A stretch of 64,000 nt of DNA from an uncultured Acidobacteriaceae bacterium (lineage in GTDB: Bacteria; Acidobacteriota; Terriglobia; Terriglobales; Acidobacteriaceae), in NCBI GenBank assembly GCA_963832805.1, contig CAWHVN010000016.1, positions 4,154-68,153 on the forward strand, in the 5' to 3' direction. A program made the translations under genes and the position numbers. Within the stretch, counting starts at the first letter, position 1. Each line of letters begins with the position of its first letter. Below, piece by piece: positions 47,556 to 57,151 of the stretch. The notes under the pieces were generated by a model. That model saw only the letters and a program-made list of their open reading frames with translations, searched no databases and was not told the origin of the DNA.

Positions 47556-50500
47556 TTGACTGGAAAACGACGCTCCGCAGGCCGCTCCTGGCCGCTCTAA
47601 GTCTGCTTCTTTCAGCCGCCGCCGTTGTCCCCGCCGCGGCAAACGACGCGCCACGCTCCTTCTCGCTTTCCACTACGCGAACCTTTGCGCCGGGCGAGAG
47701 CGTCAAATTCCAGCTCATCGCCCACAACGTGCCGGAACTCGAGTTCCGCGTCTACAAGGTGCGCGATGCGGAGAAGTTCTTCGCCGGCCTCAAGGATCCG
47801 CATAGCTTCGGCGTCCAGAGTTACGCGCCTCAGGAGCAAATCGATCAAGAGACCTTCGTTGAGCGACTGCACGAATTCAAGGCTCATCTCTGGTTTCTCA
47901 TCCGGCACTTTTTCCGCGGCCAATTCACCGACGAGGCGCGCGATAGCTTCCGCGAGCAGCAAGCCAAGCTGGGCAAGCGCAGCCAGGTGGTCGGCGCAGC
48001 TCAGTTTGCGCAGATTCCTCTGCTCAACCCCAGCCAGTTGGTGGCGCGTTGGAAACTCGAAACGCCGCCCGCCCTCGTCAGTGACACGCAACAATTGCCC
48101 ATCGACGGGCTGAGCGCAGGAGTCTACCTGATCGAGGCCACCGACGGCACCTACAAGGCATACACCGTCGCCATCGTCACCTCCATTGCAGTCGTCGAAC
48201 GGACGAGCGCCGCCCGGGCCGACCTCTATGTTGCCGATCGCAAATCCGGCGCGCCCATTGCAGATGCGGACGTTGTGCTTTGGGCGAATGGGCAGCTTCA
48301 GTCGTCCGGCAAGACGGGCAGCGATGGCATGGCCTCGCTCACCATGACGATTCGAGGCGGTGCGCAGGGAGCGGAGCCAGAGAACGTATGGATCCTGGCG
48401 CACCACGGAGCCGATGCTGCGCTGGTTACGCCCTGGAGCTACAACTTTCAGGGAAACGGAACACAATCGGAGAATTCGTATCTCTACACTGACAGACCCG
48501 TCTACCGGCCGGGCGATACCGTTCACATCAAAGCCATCGTGCGCCGGGAACAGAACGACACGCTCGTGCTTCCGGGTCCGCAGACGGTCACGCTCGTTGT
48601 TCAAGGACCTGAGAACAAAGAGGTTCTCCGAAAACAGTTGTCCCTCTCACCGCACGGCACGATCTCCGCGGACCTCAACCTCGGATCCGATGCGGGACTG
48701 GGCTACTACTCCGTCGAGCTGGCTGAGCAAAACATCGGCGGCAGCGGCAGCTTCTACGTTGAGGACTACAAGAAGCCCGAGTACCAGGTCACGGTGAAGC
48801 CCACCGTGCCGCGCGTGCTGCAGGGCGATTCGATTCAAGCCACCATTCAGGCACGTTACTTCTTTGGCGAGCCGGTTGCAGGCGCCAAGGTCACCTACGT
48901 CGTGCACACGTCCACTCATTATTGGTGGGATCAGGATCAACAGGACGAAAATGGAGAGGATGCGGACGCCGACTCCGATCAATCCGACGAATCAGACGAG
49001 CCTGACGATACCTGGGGCCAAACGGAACAGCAGGAGCACCAGGGCGTGCTCGACGCCAACGGTCAACTTACAGTGACGCTGCCCACCCAGGTCGACGGCA
49101 AGCACACCGACCAGGACTATCGCATCGAAGCGCGCGTGACAGACGCGGCCAATCGCGAGGTCGCCGGCCACTCCACCGTGCTGGCGACTTACGGCTCGTT
49201 CAGAGTAAGCGTGGAGCCAACGAATTATCTTGTCCAGGCCGGCCAGCCTGCGCGCGTCAAGATAACGGCGCAGGATTACGACAACAAACCTGTGCAGACA
49301 CAGGTCCATATCGCCGCCTCGCTCGAAACATGGGATTCCGTGACCCACCAGCGCACGGACACCGCTGCCGCCGGCAAGGATGCCGTGACCGGCGCCGATG
49401 GAACGGTTCTGGTCGATCTGCCCTTGAGCGGCAGTGGCGACTTCGAAGTGAAAGCCACCGCCCAGACGCCGGAGAATCGCACTGTCGAAGACTCCACCTA
49501 TGTCTGGGTCTGGAACGGCTCAGGCTCGTGGTACCAGACCAACGCGCAGGCACAGATCGTCGCCGACAAGAAGTCCTACAGCGTGGGCGACACGGCGCAC
49601 CTGTTACTCGTGACGGGCTTATCCGAATCGTGGGCTGTGGTCACCACCGAGGGCAACAGCGTGCAGTCGCGGCAACTGATCCACCTGACCGGTGCGAGCG
49701 CCGCATTCGATGTTCCCATCACGCAGCAAGCCCAGCCCAACCTCATTGTCAGCGCAGTCATCGTCCACGACGATCAGTTGATGACGGCGCAGAAGAGCCT
49801 CAAGGTTCCTCTTGTCGAGCGCACGCTCACCATCACGGCCACACCGAACAAGAGCCAATACGAGCCTGAAGAAGCAGCCAGCTACGACGTGCTTGCGGTC
49901 GATTCCGCCGGCAAGCCCGTGCAAGCCGACCTCAGCTTCGGTGTCGTGGACGAGGCGCTCTACTCCGTGCGTCCCGATACAACCCCCGACATCGTCGCCT
50001 CGTTCTACCCCCAGCGATACGTCTATCTCGAACCGCAGACCTCCTTTGATTTCTTCTTCTCCGGAGAGGCCGGTACCAAAAGTCCGCTCCTTGCCGACCT
50101 GGCAAACGGCCTCTACCATCCGCGCATGGCGCAGGTAAAGCCGGGCTCCGATCTGGTCGTTCCCAAGGTGCGCAAGGCCTTTCCCGATACGGCCTACTGG
50201 AACCCGAGCGTGCAGACTGGCGTCAACGGCCACGCGCGCGTCGCGTTCAACTTCCCTGACGCCCTGACCACGTGGCGAACCACCATCCGCGCCATGACCG
50301 ACGACGGCAAAGCCGGCGGCGTGGTTACGCGTGTGCTTGTGCGCAAGAACCTCATCGTGCGCCTTGCCTCGCCGCGCTTCTTCCGCCAGGGCGACGAAAC
50401 GGTGTTGCGCGTCATCGCGCACAATTATCTGGCGACGGCCAAAGACGTGACCTTTGCCCTCGACGTGAGCGGCGTGGACGTCCTCAGCGGCCAGACGCAG

Positions 50501-52264
50501 AAAGTCACCATTCCTGCCAATGCGGAGGGCTACGTTGACTGGCGCGTGAAGGCGCGCGTGATTGGCAACGCTGATCTCACCGCCAAGGCACTTACCAATG
50601 AAGAATCGGACGCGCTCGAAATGACGCTGCCGATTCTCCCCTATGGCGTCCAGCAGAGCGCCGTTGGCGCCGGTGTGGTTTTCTCGGGCTCGGGACAAAA
50701 CCAGTGGTCGTTCAGCTATCCGGCCGCATCGGACCCAGGCTCGCGCGCGCTCACCGTTACTGTCACTCCGTCCGTTGCCGGAACCGTCTTCGATGCGCTC
50801 GACTACCTCACCAGCTATCCATGGGGCTGCACCGAGCAAACCATGTCGAGCTTCCTGCCCGACCTGATCGTGGCCCAGGCCGTCGACAAGCTGTATCTGA
50901 AGTCGCCGATTGATCGAAAGACACTAAACGACGAGGTCAGCGCCGGGCTGGAGCGGCTCTCAAGCTATCAGCATGACGATGGCGGTTGGGGCTGGTGGCA
51001 AGACGATCCCAGCCACGTCTTCATGACGGCATACGTTGTAAGTGGATTGGGCCAGGCCAAAGCGGCCGGCTACACGATCGACGACGACCGGCTCAACAAC
51101 GCACGCAACTGGCTACTGAAGACGCTGGCCGCGCATCCCGATATGATTCCCGACCTGCGCGCCTACACGGTCTATGCGCTAGCCACCACGGGCGGTGCGC
51201 CAGAGGACGCGCTCGACAAAGCGTGGAGCAGCCAGGACAAACTCAGTGACGAGGGGCTTGCGCTGACCGGGCTGGCTCTCGATGCCGCTGGCGACGCAAG
51301 AGCGCACCAGGCTGCCGAGCTTCTCGAAAAGAAGGCCCACGCGACCGACGTCGATGCCTACTGGGAGGGCAACTACGATGGCATGATGGATTTCTGGGAT
51401 GACACCTCGCCGGAGACCACGGCCTTTGTGCTCAAGCTTCTCATCCGCCAGGATCGCTCCACCGGCCTGATGCCGAAGGCCGCGCGCTGGCTCGCCGAAC
51501 ATCGCGAGGGCGACTACTGGTACTCCACCAAGCAAACCTCGATGGTGATCCAGGGGCTCACCGATTACCTCGCACTGAGCGGTGAACTTGCCAACACTTC
51601 CGACGTCGAGATCCTCGTAAATGGCACAAGCGTAGGCAAACATCACTTTGGTCCCGATGACGCATTCGCCGCGCCCTGGCAGATCAAAGTCCCCGCGGCG
51701 CAAGCCACGAGTGGCGGCCAGGTCACCATTCGCAAGAGCGGCAACGGCATTACCTACTGGTCGACTGAAAACAGTTGGTACTCCGCCGACCGCAAATCTT
51801 TCCAGCAGGGGCAGCTTGCGCTCAATATCACGCGCGATTACTACCTGCTGCAGAAGCGCCAGAATAAGCCAACCGATCCCATCACCTACGATTTGGTTCC
51901 GCTCAAAGGCCCCGTCCATATTGGCGACATCATTGCGGTCAAATTGGCTCTCAACGGGACCAACTGGAAGTACCTTGAAGCCGAAGATCCCATCCCGGCA
52001 GGCACTGAGTTCCTGTCAGACCCCGGACTCTACACGCTGAACAGCAAGCCGGACTGGTGGGCCGACTTCTTCACGCGCAAGGAGTTCCGCGACGATCGCG
52101 CCGCGTTCTTCAACACTAATTTCAGCACGCGCACCGAGTACGTTTACCTGCTCGAAGTCGACAACTCCGGCTTATTCCAGATCAGCCCCGCGCAGGCCGG
52201 GCCCATGTATCAAACCAATGTCCAGACCACCACCGATCCCGCAACGCTGGAGGTGCAGCCGTGA
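47552..52264 (+). CDS. Bacterial alpha-2-macroglobulin with intact thioester motif
   Basis: YTDRPVYRPGD (MG2), EDYKKPEY, VDEA, RKAFPDTAYW, FPDALTTWR, YPWGCTEQTMS (CxEQ), QHDDGGWGWW, EDPIPAG. Confidence 0.95.
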   Translation: MIDWKTTLRRPLLAALSLLLSAAAVVPAAANDAPRSFSLSTTRTFAPGESVKFQLIAHNVPELEFRVYKVRDAEKFFAGLKDPHSFGVQSYAPQEQIDQETFVERLHEFKAHLWFLIRHFFRGQFTDEARDSFREQQAKLGKRSQVVGAAQFAQIPLLNPSQLVARWKLETPPALVSDTQQLPIDGLSAGVYLIEATDGTYKAYTVAIVTSIAVVERTSAARADLYVADRKSGAPIADADVVLWANGQLQSSGKTGSDGMASLTMTIRGGAQGAEPENVWILAHHGADAALVTPWSYNFQGNGTQSENSYLYTDRPVYRPGDTVHIKAIVRREQNDTLVLPGPQTVTLVVQGPENKEVLRKQLSLSPHGTISADLNLGSDAGLGYYSVELAEQNIGGSGSFYVEDYKKPEYQVTVKPTVPRVLQGDSIQATIQARYFFGEPVAGAKVTYVVHTSTHYWWDQDQQDENGEDADADSDQSDESDEPDDTWGQTEQQEHQGVLDANGQLTVTLPTQVDGKHTDQDYRIEARVTDAANREVAGHSTVLATYGSFRVSVEPTNYLVQAGQPARVKITAQDYDNKPVQTQVHIAASLETWDSVTHQRTDTAAAGKDAVTGADGTVLVDLPLSGSGDFEVKATAQTPENRTVEDSTYVWVWNGSGSWYQTNAQAQIVADKKSYSVGDTAHLLLVTGLSESWAVVTTEGNSVQSRQLIHLTGASAAFDVPITQQAQPNLIVSAVIVHDDQLMTAQKSLKVPLVERTLTITATPNKSQYEPEEAASYDVLAVDSAGKPVQADLSFGVVDEALYSVRPDTTPDIVASFYPQRYVYLEPQTSFDFFFSGEAGTKSPLLADLANGLYHPRMAQVKPGSDLVVPKVRKAFPDTAYWNPSVQTGVNGHARVAFNFPDALTTWRTTIRAMTDDGKAGGVVTRVLVRKNLIVRLASPRFFRQGDETVLRVIAHNYLATAKDVTFALDVSGVDVLSGQTQKVTIPANAEGYVDWRVKARVIGNADLTAKALTNEESDALEMTLPILPYGVQQSAVGAGVVFSGSGQNQWSFSYPAASDPGSRALTVTVTPSVAGTVFDALDYLTSYPWGCTEQTMSSFLPDLIVAQAVDKLYLKSPIDRKTLNDEVSAGLERLSSYQHDDGGWGWWQDDPSHVFMTAYVVSGLGQAKAAGYTIDDDRLNNARNWLLKTLAAHPDMIPDLRAYTVYALATTGGAPEDALDKAWSSQDKLSDEGLALTGLALDAAGDARAHQAAELLEKKAHATDVDAYWEGNYDGMMDFWDDTSPETTAFVLKLLIRQDRSTGLMPKAARWLAEHREGDYWYSTKQTSMVIQGLTDYLALSGELANTSDVEILVNGTSVGKHHFGPDDAFAAPWQIKVPAAQATSGGQVTIRKSGNGITYWSTENSWYSADRKSFQQGQLALNITRDYYLLQKRQNKPTDPITYDLVPLKGPVHIGDIIAVKLALNGTNWKYLEAEDPIPAGTEFLSDPGLYTLNSKPDWWADFFTRKEFRDDRAAFFNTNFSTRTEYVYLLEVDNSGLFQISPAQAGPMYQTNVQTTTDPATLEVQP

Positions 52265-53142
52265 GTGATGTTGCAGCCACCAACCCTTTGAACGATCTTT
52301 TTCGCCGCCTCCGCTCGAGCCTCGCGTGGGTCGCAGCCCAATTCTGGGCCACGCTTCTGCTCATTCTCGCGGGAGTTGCCTGGACGCGCCTGCCCGACAA
52401 GTATGCGTGGCAGGTGGGCCTCACTCTACTTGTGCCGCTGGTTCTCCTCGCCGCGGTTCTGCTGCTCCAGGCCGGAACTATGCGCAGGCTGCTCAACGAT
52501 GAACAGCGGCGAGCCCATTGGGCAGCCGGCACGCTCACGCTTCTGGTCTGGGCAGCGATCCTTTGGGCCGCTTGGGCGATTCTGGACTGGTGCAGCGATC
52601 AGATTCCCGACTGGGCTGGCTATCTGAACTCGCGTGCCTCGGCTCACATGCGGGCCACGCTCTTCACCTACGATCACATTCAAGGTTGGCTGGCGATTCT
52701 CGTCTGGATCTTTCGCTGGATTGCGGTGCCCGCGAAGGTGATTCCTTATGCCATGGCCTCCGCGCAATGGGGCTGGCGATTGCCGTGGCGAAAGATCATT
52801 CGTCTCCTGCTCAACTGGCGCTGGTGGTTGGCTGCTGTCATTGCGGCCCTCCTGGCCGTGGCGTGGCCCAGCCATTTCTTCACGAGCGAGCCACAGGGGA
52901 CTGTATCGCATCAGGTCTGGGCCATCATGCTCAAACTTGCGGGAACTTATTTGTTGGCGATTGTTTGCTGGGTTTTTCTCCTGGCGTGGTGCGCAGTGCT
53001 GTTGTCTCACGGCACGCCCGCAGCGAAGAAGCCTGCAGACGATTCGCTCGTGCCCGCTCCCGTTGGCTCCGGCCCGCTCGCCGAAGACTCCGTGAAGCTA
53101 CCGCTGCCTGAGGGTAGCGACGACGCCCGTGGGAACGCCTGA
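52261..53142 (+). CDS. Trp-rich multi-TM hypothetical membrane protein
   Basis: About 6 hydrophobic helices; GTGA overlap with the A2M stop. Confidence 0.8.
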   Translation: MSDVAATNPLNDLFRRLRSSLAWVAAQFWATLLLILAGVAWTRLPDKYAWQVGLTLLVPLVLLAAVLLLQAGTMRRLLNDEQRRAHWAAGTLTLLVWAAILWAAWAILDWCSDQIPDWAGYLNSRASAHMRATLFTYDHIQGWLAILVWIFRWIAVPAKVIPYAMASAQWGWRLPWRKIIRLLLNWRWWLAAVIAALLAVAWPSHFFTSEPQGTVSHQVWAIMLKLAGTYLLAIVCWVFLLAWCAVLLSHGTPAAKKPADDSLVPAPVGSGPLAEDSVKLPLPEGSDDARGNA

Positions 53143-54915
53143 CGTGAGCCAATCGAGCACCTGTGTGCGCCCGTAGCGTGCAAGCAATTGCGCCGCGTAC
53201 CACTCGGCTGCGCGATGAGCGGCCGCTGAAGCCGCCTCACTTGCCGCGTGTGCCAACCCATTGTCGACGGCGTCGAGCGTAAGCAGGGGCGCGGTTCCTG
53301 ATCGTCCGGCGCTCGGCAAACTCGCCCCGCCGCTCGCTCCGCTCCAAACCTCGACCAGCCCCTCGCGCAGCCACAGCGGCGCGCGCGGCCCTGCCTGTTC
53401 CTCCACCAGCGCGTGCAGGAACTCGTGGCGCATTGTTTCTGCCAATAGTCGCCGTCCCGCCAGCGTTCGCAGCGGTTGCGTTCCGATCCAATCCCCCTCA
53501 GTGAATGCCGCCACCCAGCCGGGCGTGAGCGTCGATTCTCGAAAAGCCGGAATCGACGCAAAGGCGCGCACCGTGATCGGAAACGTCGCATGCAATCCTG
53601 ATCGCTCTGTCGCCTCCGCCCGCGCGCGGTTCAGGTCGGCTAGGTACGCGGCATCACCCGCATCCAGAGATTCGAGAACGAATCCGTCGCCCGCAGACTT
53701 GCTCCACTCGCGCCCGCTCGTCTCATCGGCCGCGCGCGTTCCCGGAAAATACTGCTCCAGAATCTCCCGCGTGGAGTGTCCGTTTTGCGCCATTGCTGCC
53801 GCGCCCTTCTGGCACAAACCCACGCCATGACCCCATCCGCGCCCATTAAACGCGAAGCCGTCGCCCTGCCGTCTCACTTCGAACCATGTGCTGGGAATCC
53901 GGTTCCACCCCAGCGACTCGCCAACCGCTAGCCGGAAGTCATCAGCGCCAATCTCGTGGCCGTCGACTCTAACCGTCACAGCGCGCCCCGACTCGCCGCG
54001 CCGCGCGACGGTGAGGTTCTGCCAGCCGGGAGCGGCGAGGCCATGCTTCGCCAGGGCCGCCGTCAGCTCAGCACGTGTAATCTCCGATGCCCACTCCTGT
54101 CCCCCGTCCGCCGTGCAGAATCGATCGGGCTGCGACGGCAGATAGGGAACGAGTTTTGCGTGAGTCCAGATCTCTGCCGGCGAAGCGGTGTGCCCGCCGC
54201 AGTCCTTTCCAAAGTAAGCCAGCGCCCGCTGCTCGTGGAACCAGAGTGTCTCGCCGCCCGTCGCCAGCGTGGCCGCGTGCGCTTGAGCCCCACGCTCACG
54301 GTTGCCGCCCCAATGCAGAAGCTGGCAGTGGGTCGAGTCGCAAAGATCGTAGTCCGTGTGCCCGTGCGTTTCATGCAGCGCAAAACTCCTTACCACAATC
54401 GCCAAAGCCTTCATTGACTCCGCGCTGTCCGTCGCACCGCTTTCGCTCGCCACCACGCGTTCCACATAGCTTTCCACCGGCATCGTCACCACAATGACCA
54501 GCACGCCTGCTCGCGCCGCGATCGACACAGGATTGTGCAGCGTCACAGTCTCACCATGCGCGGTGAGCGTCACCGGCCCGCTGATCCAAATGCGCGTCGT
54601 ATTTCCTTTTCTGCCCGCTGCCGTCAGCGTCAGCGCATCTCCATCCGCGCGAACGTTGGCCGGTTCAGTGAACGTGAGCGTGGCGCACTCGGCGCAAGTT
54701 CGCAGCATGACTTTGTGATCCGGCCCGGAGGGCACGAGCGCTACCTCGCAGTCGTGCCACAGCGTCCACATTCCAACGCGCAGCGTCTCGCGCGCACTGG
54801 GCGGCAGCACACCGGCGTTCACCGCGGCCTGCTGCGTTGGCCGCATCCCGCTCCACGCCACGCCGCTTGCCGCCAGCAGGCTCACCAGCGATCGCGTCAT
54901 CCACTGTCGATTCAC
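53098..54915 (-). CDS. SpoIID/LytB domain protein fused to a C-terminal HExxH (peptidase MA-like) domain
   Basis: VESYVERVVASE, KALAIVVRS, YDLCDSTHCQ, GRGWGHGVGLCQ, ILEQYFPG; then RHEFLH...PLWLREGL. Confidence 0.88.
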   Translation of the reverse strand: MNRQWMTRSLVSLLAASGVAWSGMRPTQQAAVNAGVLPPSARETLRVGMWTLWHDCEVALVPSGPDHKVMLRTCAECATLTFTEPANVRADGDALTLTAAGRKGNTTRIWISGPVTLTAHGETVTLHNPVSIAARAGVLVIVVTMPVESYVERVVASESGATDSAESMKALAIVVRSFALHETHGHTDYDLCDSTHCQLLHWGGNRERGAQAHAATLATGGETLWFHEQRALAYFGKDCGGHTASPAEIWTHAKLVPYLPSQPDRFCTADGGQEWASEITRAELTAALAKHGLAAPGWQNLTVARRGESGRAVTVRVDGHEIGADDFRLAVGESLGWNRIPSTWFEVRRQGDGFAFNGRGWGHGVGLCQKGAAAMAQNGHSTREILEQYFPGTRAADETSGREWSKSAGDGFVLESLDAGDAAYLADLNRARAEATERSGLHATFPITVRAFASIPAFRESTLTPGWVAAFTEGDWIGTQPLRTLAGRRLLAETMRHEFLHALVEEQAGPRAPLWLREGLVEVWSGASGGASLPSAGRSGTAPLLTLDAVDNGLAHAASEAASAAAHRAAEWYAAQLLARYGRTQVLDWLTSGVPTGVVATLRQR

Positions 54916-55811
54916 GGCCGCTCCATTGGTGCAACGGCCAGAAGCTCCCCGGCTACGTGGGCCGCATCTGCTCCCCGGCCCGCGGGCAAATAGACAACAA
55001 TCACAACCTTGGGCTTCTCTGCCGGCGCAAGTCCCGCAAACCAGCCGTGCGATTGGCTCGATGCCGCACCCTCCGCAGTGCCCGTCTTTCCCATCACCGA
55101 AACGCCGCCTAAACTCGCCTGCCCAGCCATTCCGAAGCTGGCCGAGTCTTCGAGTCCCGCGCTGACCACCCGTGTTGCCTCGGCGTCTGGATGCGCGTCC
55201 AGCTCGCGCGCCAGCCAGCGATAAGCTGCGGCCAACTCCAGCGGCGTCACGCGCACGCCCTCCACTCCCAGCAGGGCCAACTGCTCCGCGTCAACCGTCT
55301 CCGGCTCGCGAAACTCAGCCGCCGCTTCATCGCGCACAAGGCCGGTCACGCCCAACAAGCCGGTAGGCCGCAGCAGTTGCCCCAATTCACCGGGACGCAG
55401 CGTTCGAGCCACCGCGGAAAAGTAAGTGTTGCACGACCACGTCAGAGCCTCGCGCGCATCGAAGGGCGGAGCAGGCGGATGCGTGCACGCAAGCCGGTGG
55501 CCCGCGACCACAAGTTGCCGGTTGCAGGCGACGCGGCTAGCGGGGTTCCACCGGCCCGCGCTCACCAAAGCGTACAGAACCAGCGGCTTCAGCGTCGATC
55601 CCGGCGCGGCCAGCGTTTGTGCCGCATCGTTCAGCCCACGCGCTGCCAGCAAACGTCCGCTGGCGATGTCGAGCACAACAATCCGTGCCTCAGGAGCCTC
55701 TCGCGCCGCGCGCTCAACGGCGCTCGGCCACGCCGGAGCGCCCGTTTGGCAAAAGGCGCTCAACGTTCCGCACGTCGCCGCTAAGGCAATTAACCCAAGG
55801 ATTCCGCGCAC
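54912..55811 (-). CDS. Stand-alone penicillin-binding transpeptidase domain protein
   Basis: Signal peptide; PGSTLKP (SxxK), SCN (SxN), VTPLEL, GKTGTA, HGWFAG; GTGA overlap with the SpoIID gene. Confidence 0.88.
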   Translation of the reverse strand: MRGILGLIALAATCGTLSAFCQTGAPAWPSAVERAAREAPEARIVVLDIASGRLLAARGLNDAAQTLAAPGSTLKPLVLYALVSAGRWNPASRVACNRQLVVAGHRLACTHPPAPPFDAREALTWSCNTYFSAVARTLRPGELGQLLRPTGLLGVTGLVRDEAAAEFREPETVDAEQLALLGVEGVRVTPLELAAAYRWLARELDAHPDAEATRVVSAGLEDSASFGMAGQASLGGVSVMGKTGTAEGAASSQSHGWFAGLAPAEKPKVVIVVYLPAGRGADAAHVAGELLAVAPMERP

Positions 55812-55900
55812 ACCAGAAGTATGAACGATCCGCGCTCAGAATGAACAATTCTCAACTCGAACTCCGCCGTCGCATCTCAGCGTTCATCTGTGTCATTGCA

Positions 55901-56398
55901 TCACGGCTGCCCTTCTGTGTCGGGCTGCAATAGAATCAGGAACACGATACCCACAGCCGCAAAATTCCTGAAGGCAGTTTCCTGCCCATTCCAGGTGCGC
56001 GACTGCCACATCAGGAACCATTCTCCGCCAACCGCAAGAAATGCCACGAGCCACATCAGAAGAGAAGTGGTGAGCGCAAGCACCGGCAGAGATTTTGCGG
56101 TGTTGAACGCCGCGGCAGGCAGGCGCAGAGCGCGCAGCAGTCTCAGCGCGCCCCACCAGAGTAGAACAGTCGTGATTGTCTCCCAGGCAATGATGGTCAG
56201 ATAAACGACCAGGTCAAAAGCCGGAGCAGAGATCGAGCGCCACATACCATTGTTGCCTGGAATGGTTGTGTCCATCAAAAGAACGTGGCGAACAAACTGC
56301 GCATTTACATTGAAGTCAGTGAGGTTGTTGAACACAACCAGGACGTAGAAAAACGCAACACCTGCCAGCAGAAGCAACTTTGCCGTGCGAATCATCAT
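55901..56398 (-). CDS. DUF2165 family small integral membrane protein
   Basis: FNNLTDFNVN, FVRHVLLMDT, VGGEWFLMWQS, WNGQETAFR. Confidence 0.88.
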   Translation of the reverse strand: MMIRTAKLLLLAGVAFFYVLVVFNNLTDFNVNAQFVRHVLLMDTTIPGNNGMWRSISAPAFDLVVYLTIIAWETITTVLLWWGALRLLRALRLPAAAFNTAKSLPVLALTTSLLMWLVAFLAVGGEWFLMWQSRTWNGQETAFRNFAAVGIVFLILLQPDTEGQP

Positions 56399-56508
56399 CG
56401 TTCGAGCCTCATCGGGAATGGTCGTCCAGCGAAAGCGCAGGTGCGCCGCCGGCTCTTCCTCCTCCGCGAATTGATATATACTTCTTCACGTTGGCTCTGC
56501 CCCGCGCG

Positions 56509-56583
56509 GCGGGAGTAGTTCAGTGGCAGAACGTCAGCTTCCCAAGCTGAATGTCGCCGGTTCGATCCCGGTCTCCCGCTCCA
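56509..56583 (+). tRNA. tRNA-Gly(CCC)
   Basis: GCGGGAGTAGTTCAGTGGCAGAACGTCAGCTTCCCAAGCTG...GGTTCGATCC...CCCGCTCCA. Confidence 0.97.
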
Positions 56584-56621
56584 ATTCCAATTCAAGCCTG
56601 CCGATTTCGCCTTAGCCGCTC

Positions 56622-57107
56622 TTAGACGACTTCCTGCACCTTCATCACCAGGCACGTGATCGTGTCTTCCACCTTCACCAGCATCTGATGCGGCGTCCCC
56701 GCCGGCACATGCGCGAAATCTCCCGCTCGCAACATCTGCCGTGCCCCTCCCTCGATCGATGTCCCGCGCGTTTCCCCCGGTGCAACTGTCCGCGCCCCGT
56801 TCACCACTCCGCCCGTCACCAGCGTCGCCTTGCCGGCCAGCACGCAAAACAAATCCGCAAACTTCTCATGCACCTCCGCCTCGCCATCGCGGCTCCGGAA
56901 CGAAAGCATGGCGCGGTGCTGCTGGTACTCCTTCAGCGTCTCCGACGCCGATCCATCGCCGTGCTTGGCCAGCTTGCGCAGGTATGCAGCGCGCTCCAGC
57001 AGAACCGCCGGCGACCAATGATCCACCGGATTCTTCGGCCCGGGCTCCTTTGGACTCAACTCGTCCAGATTCACATCCTTCAGAATTTGTTTCGCCAGCA
57101 AATCCAT
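56622..57107 (-). CDS. Cupin domain protein
   Basis: AEVHEKFAD, GDFAHVPAGTPHQ; AAGGAG SD before ATG 57107. Confidence 0.82.
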   Translation of the reverse strand: MDLLAKQILKDVNLDELSPKEPGPKNPVDHWSPAVLLERAAYLRKLAKHGDGSASETLKEYQQHRAMLSFRSRDGEAEVHEKFADLFCVLAGKATLVTGGVVNGARTVAPGETRGTSIEGGARQMLRAGDFAHVPAGTPHQMLVKVEDTITCLVMKVQEVV

Positions 57108-57151
57108 CTCTACTCCTTCGGCCTCCGAAAACTTCCAGTCCTCCCCGCCCT

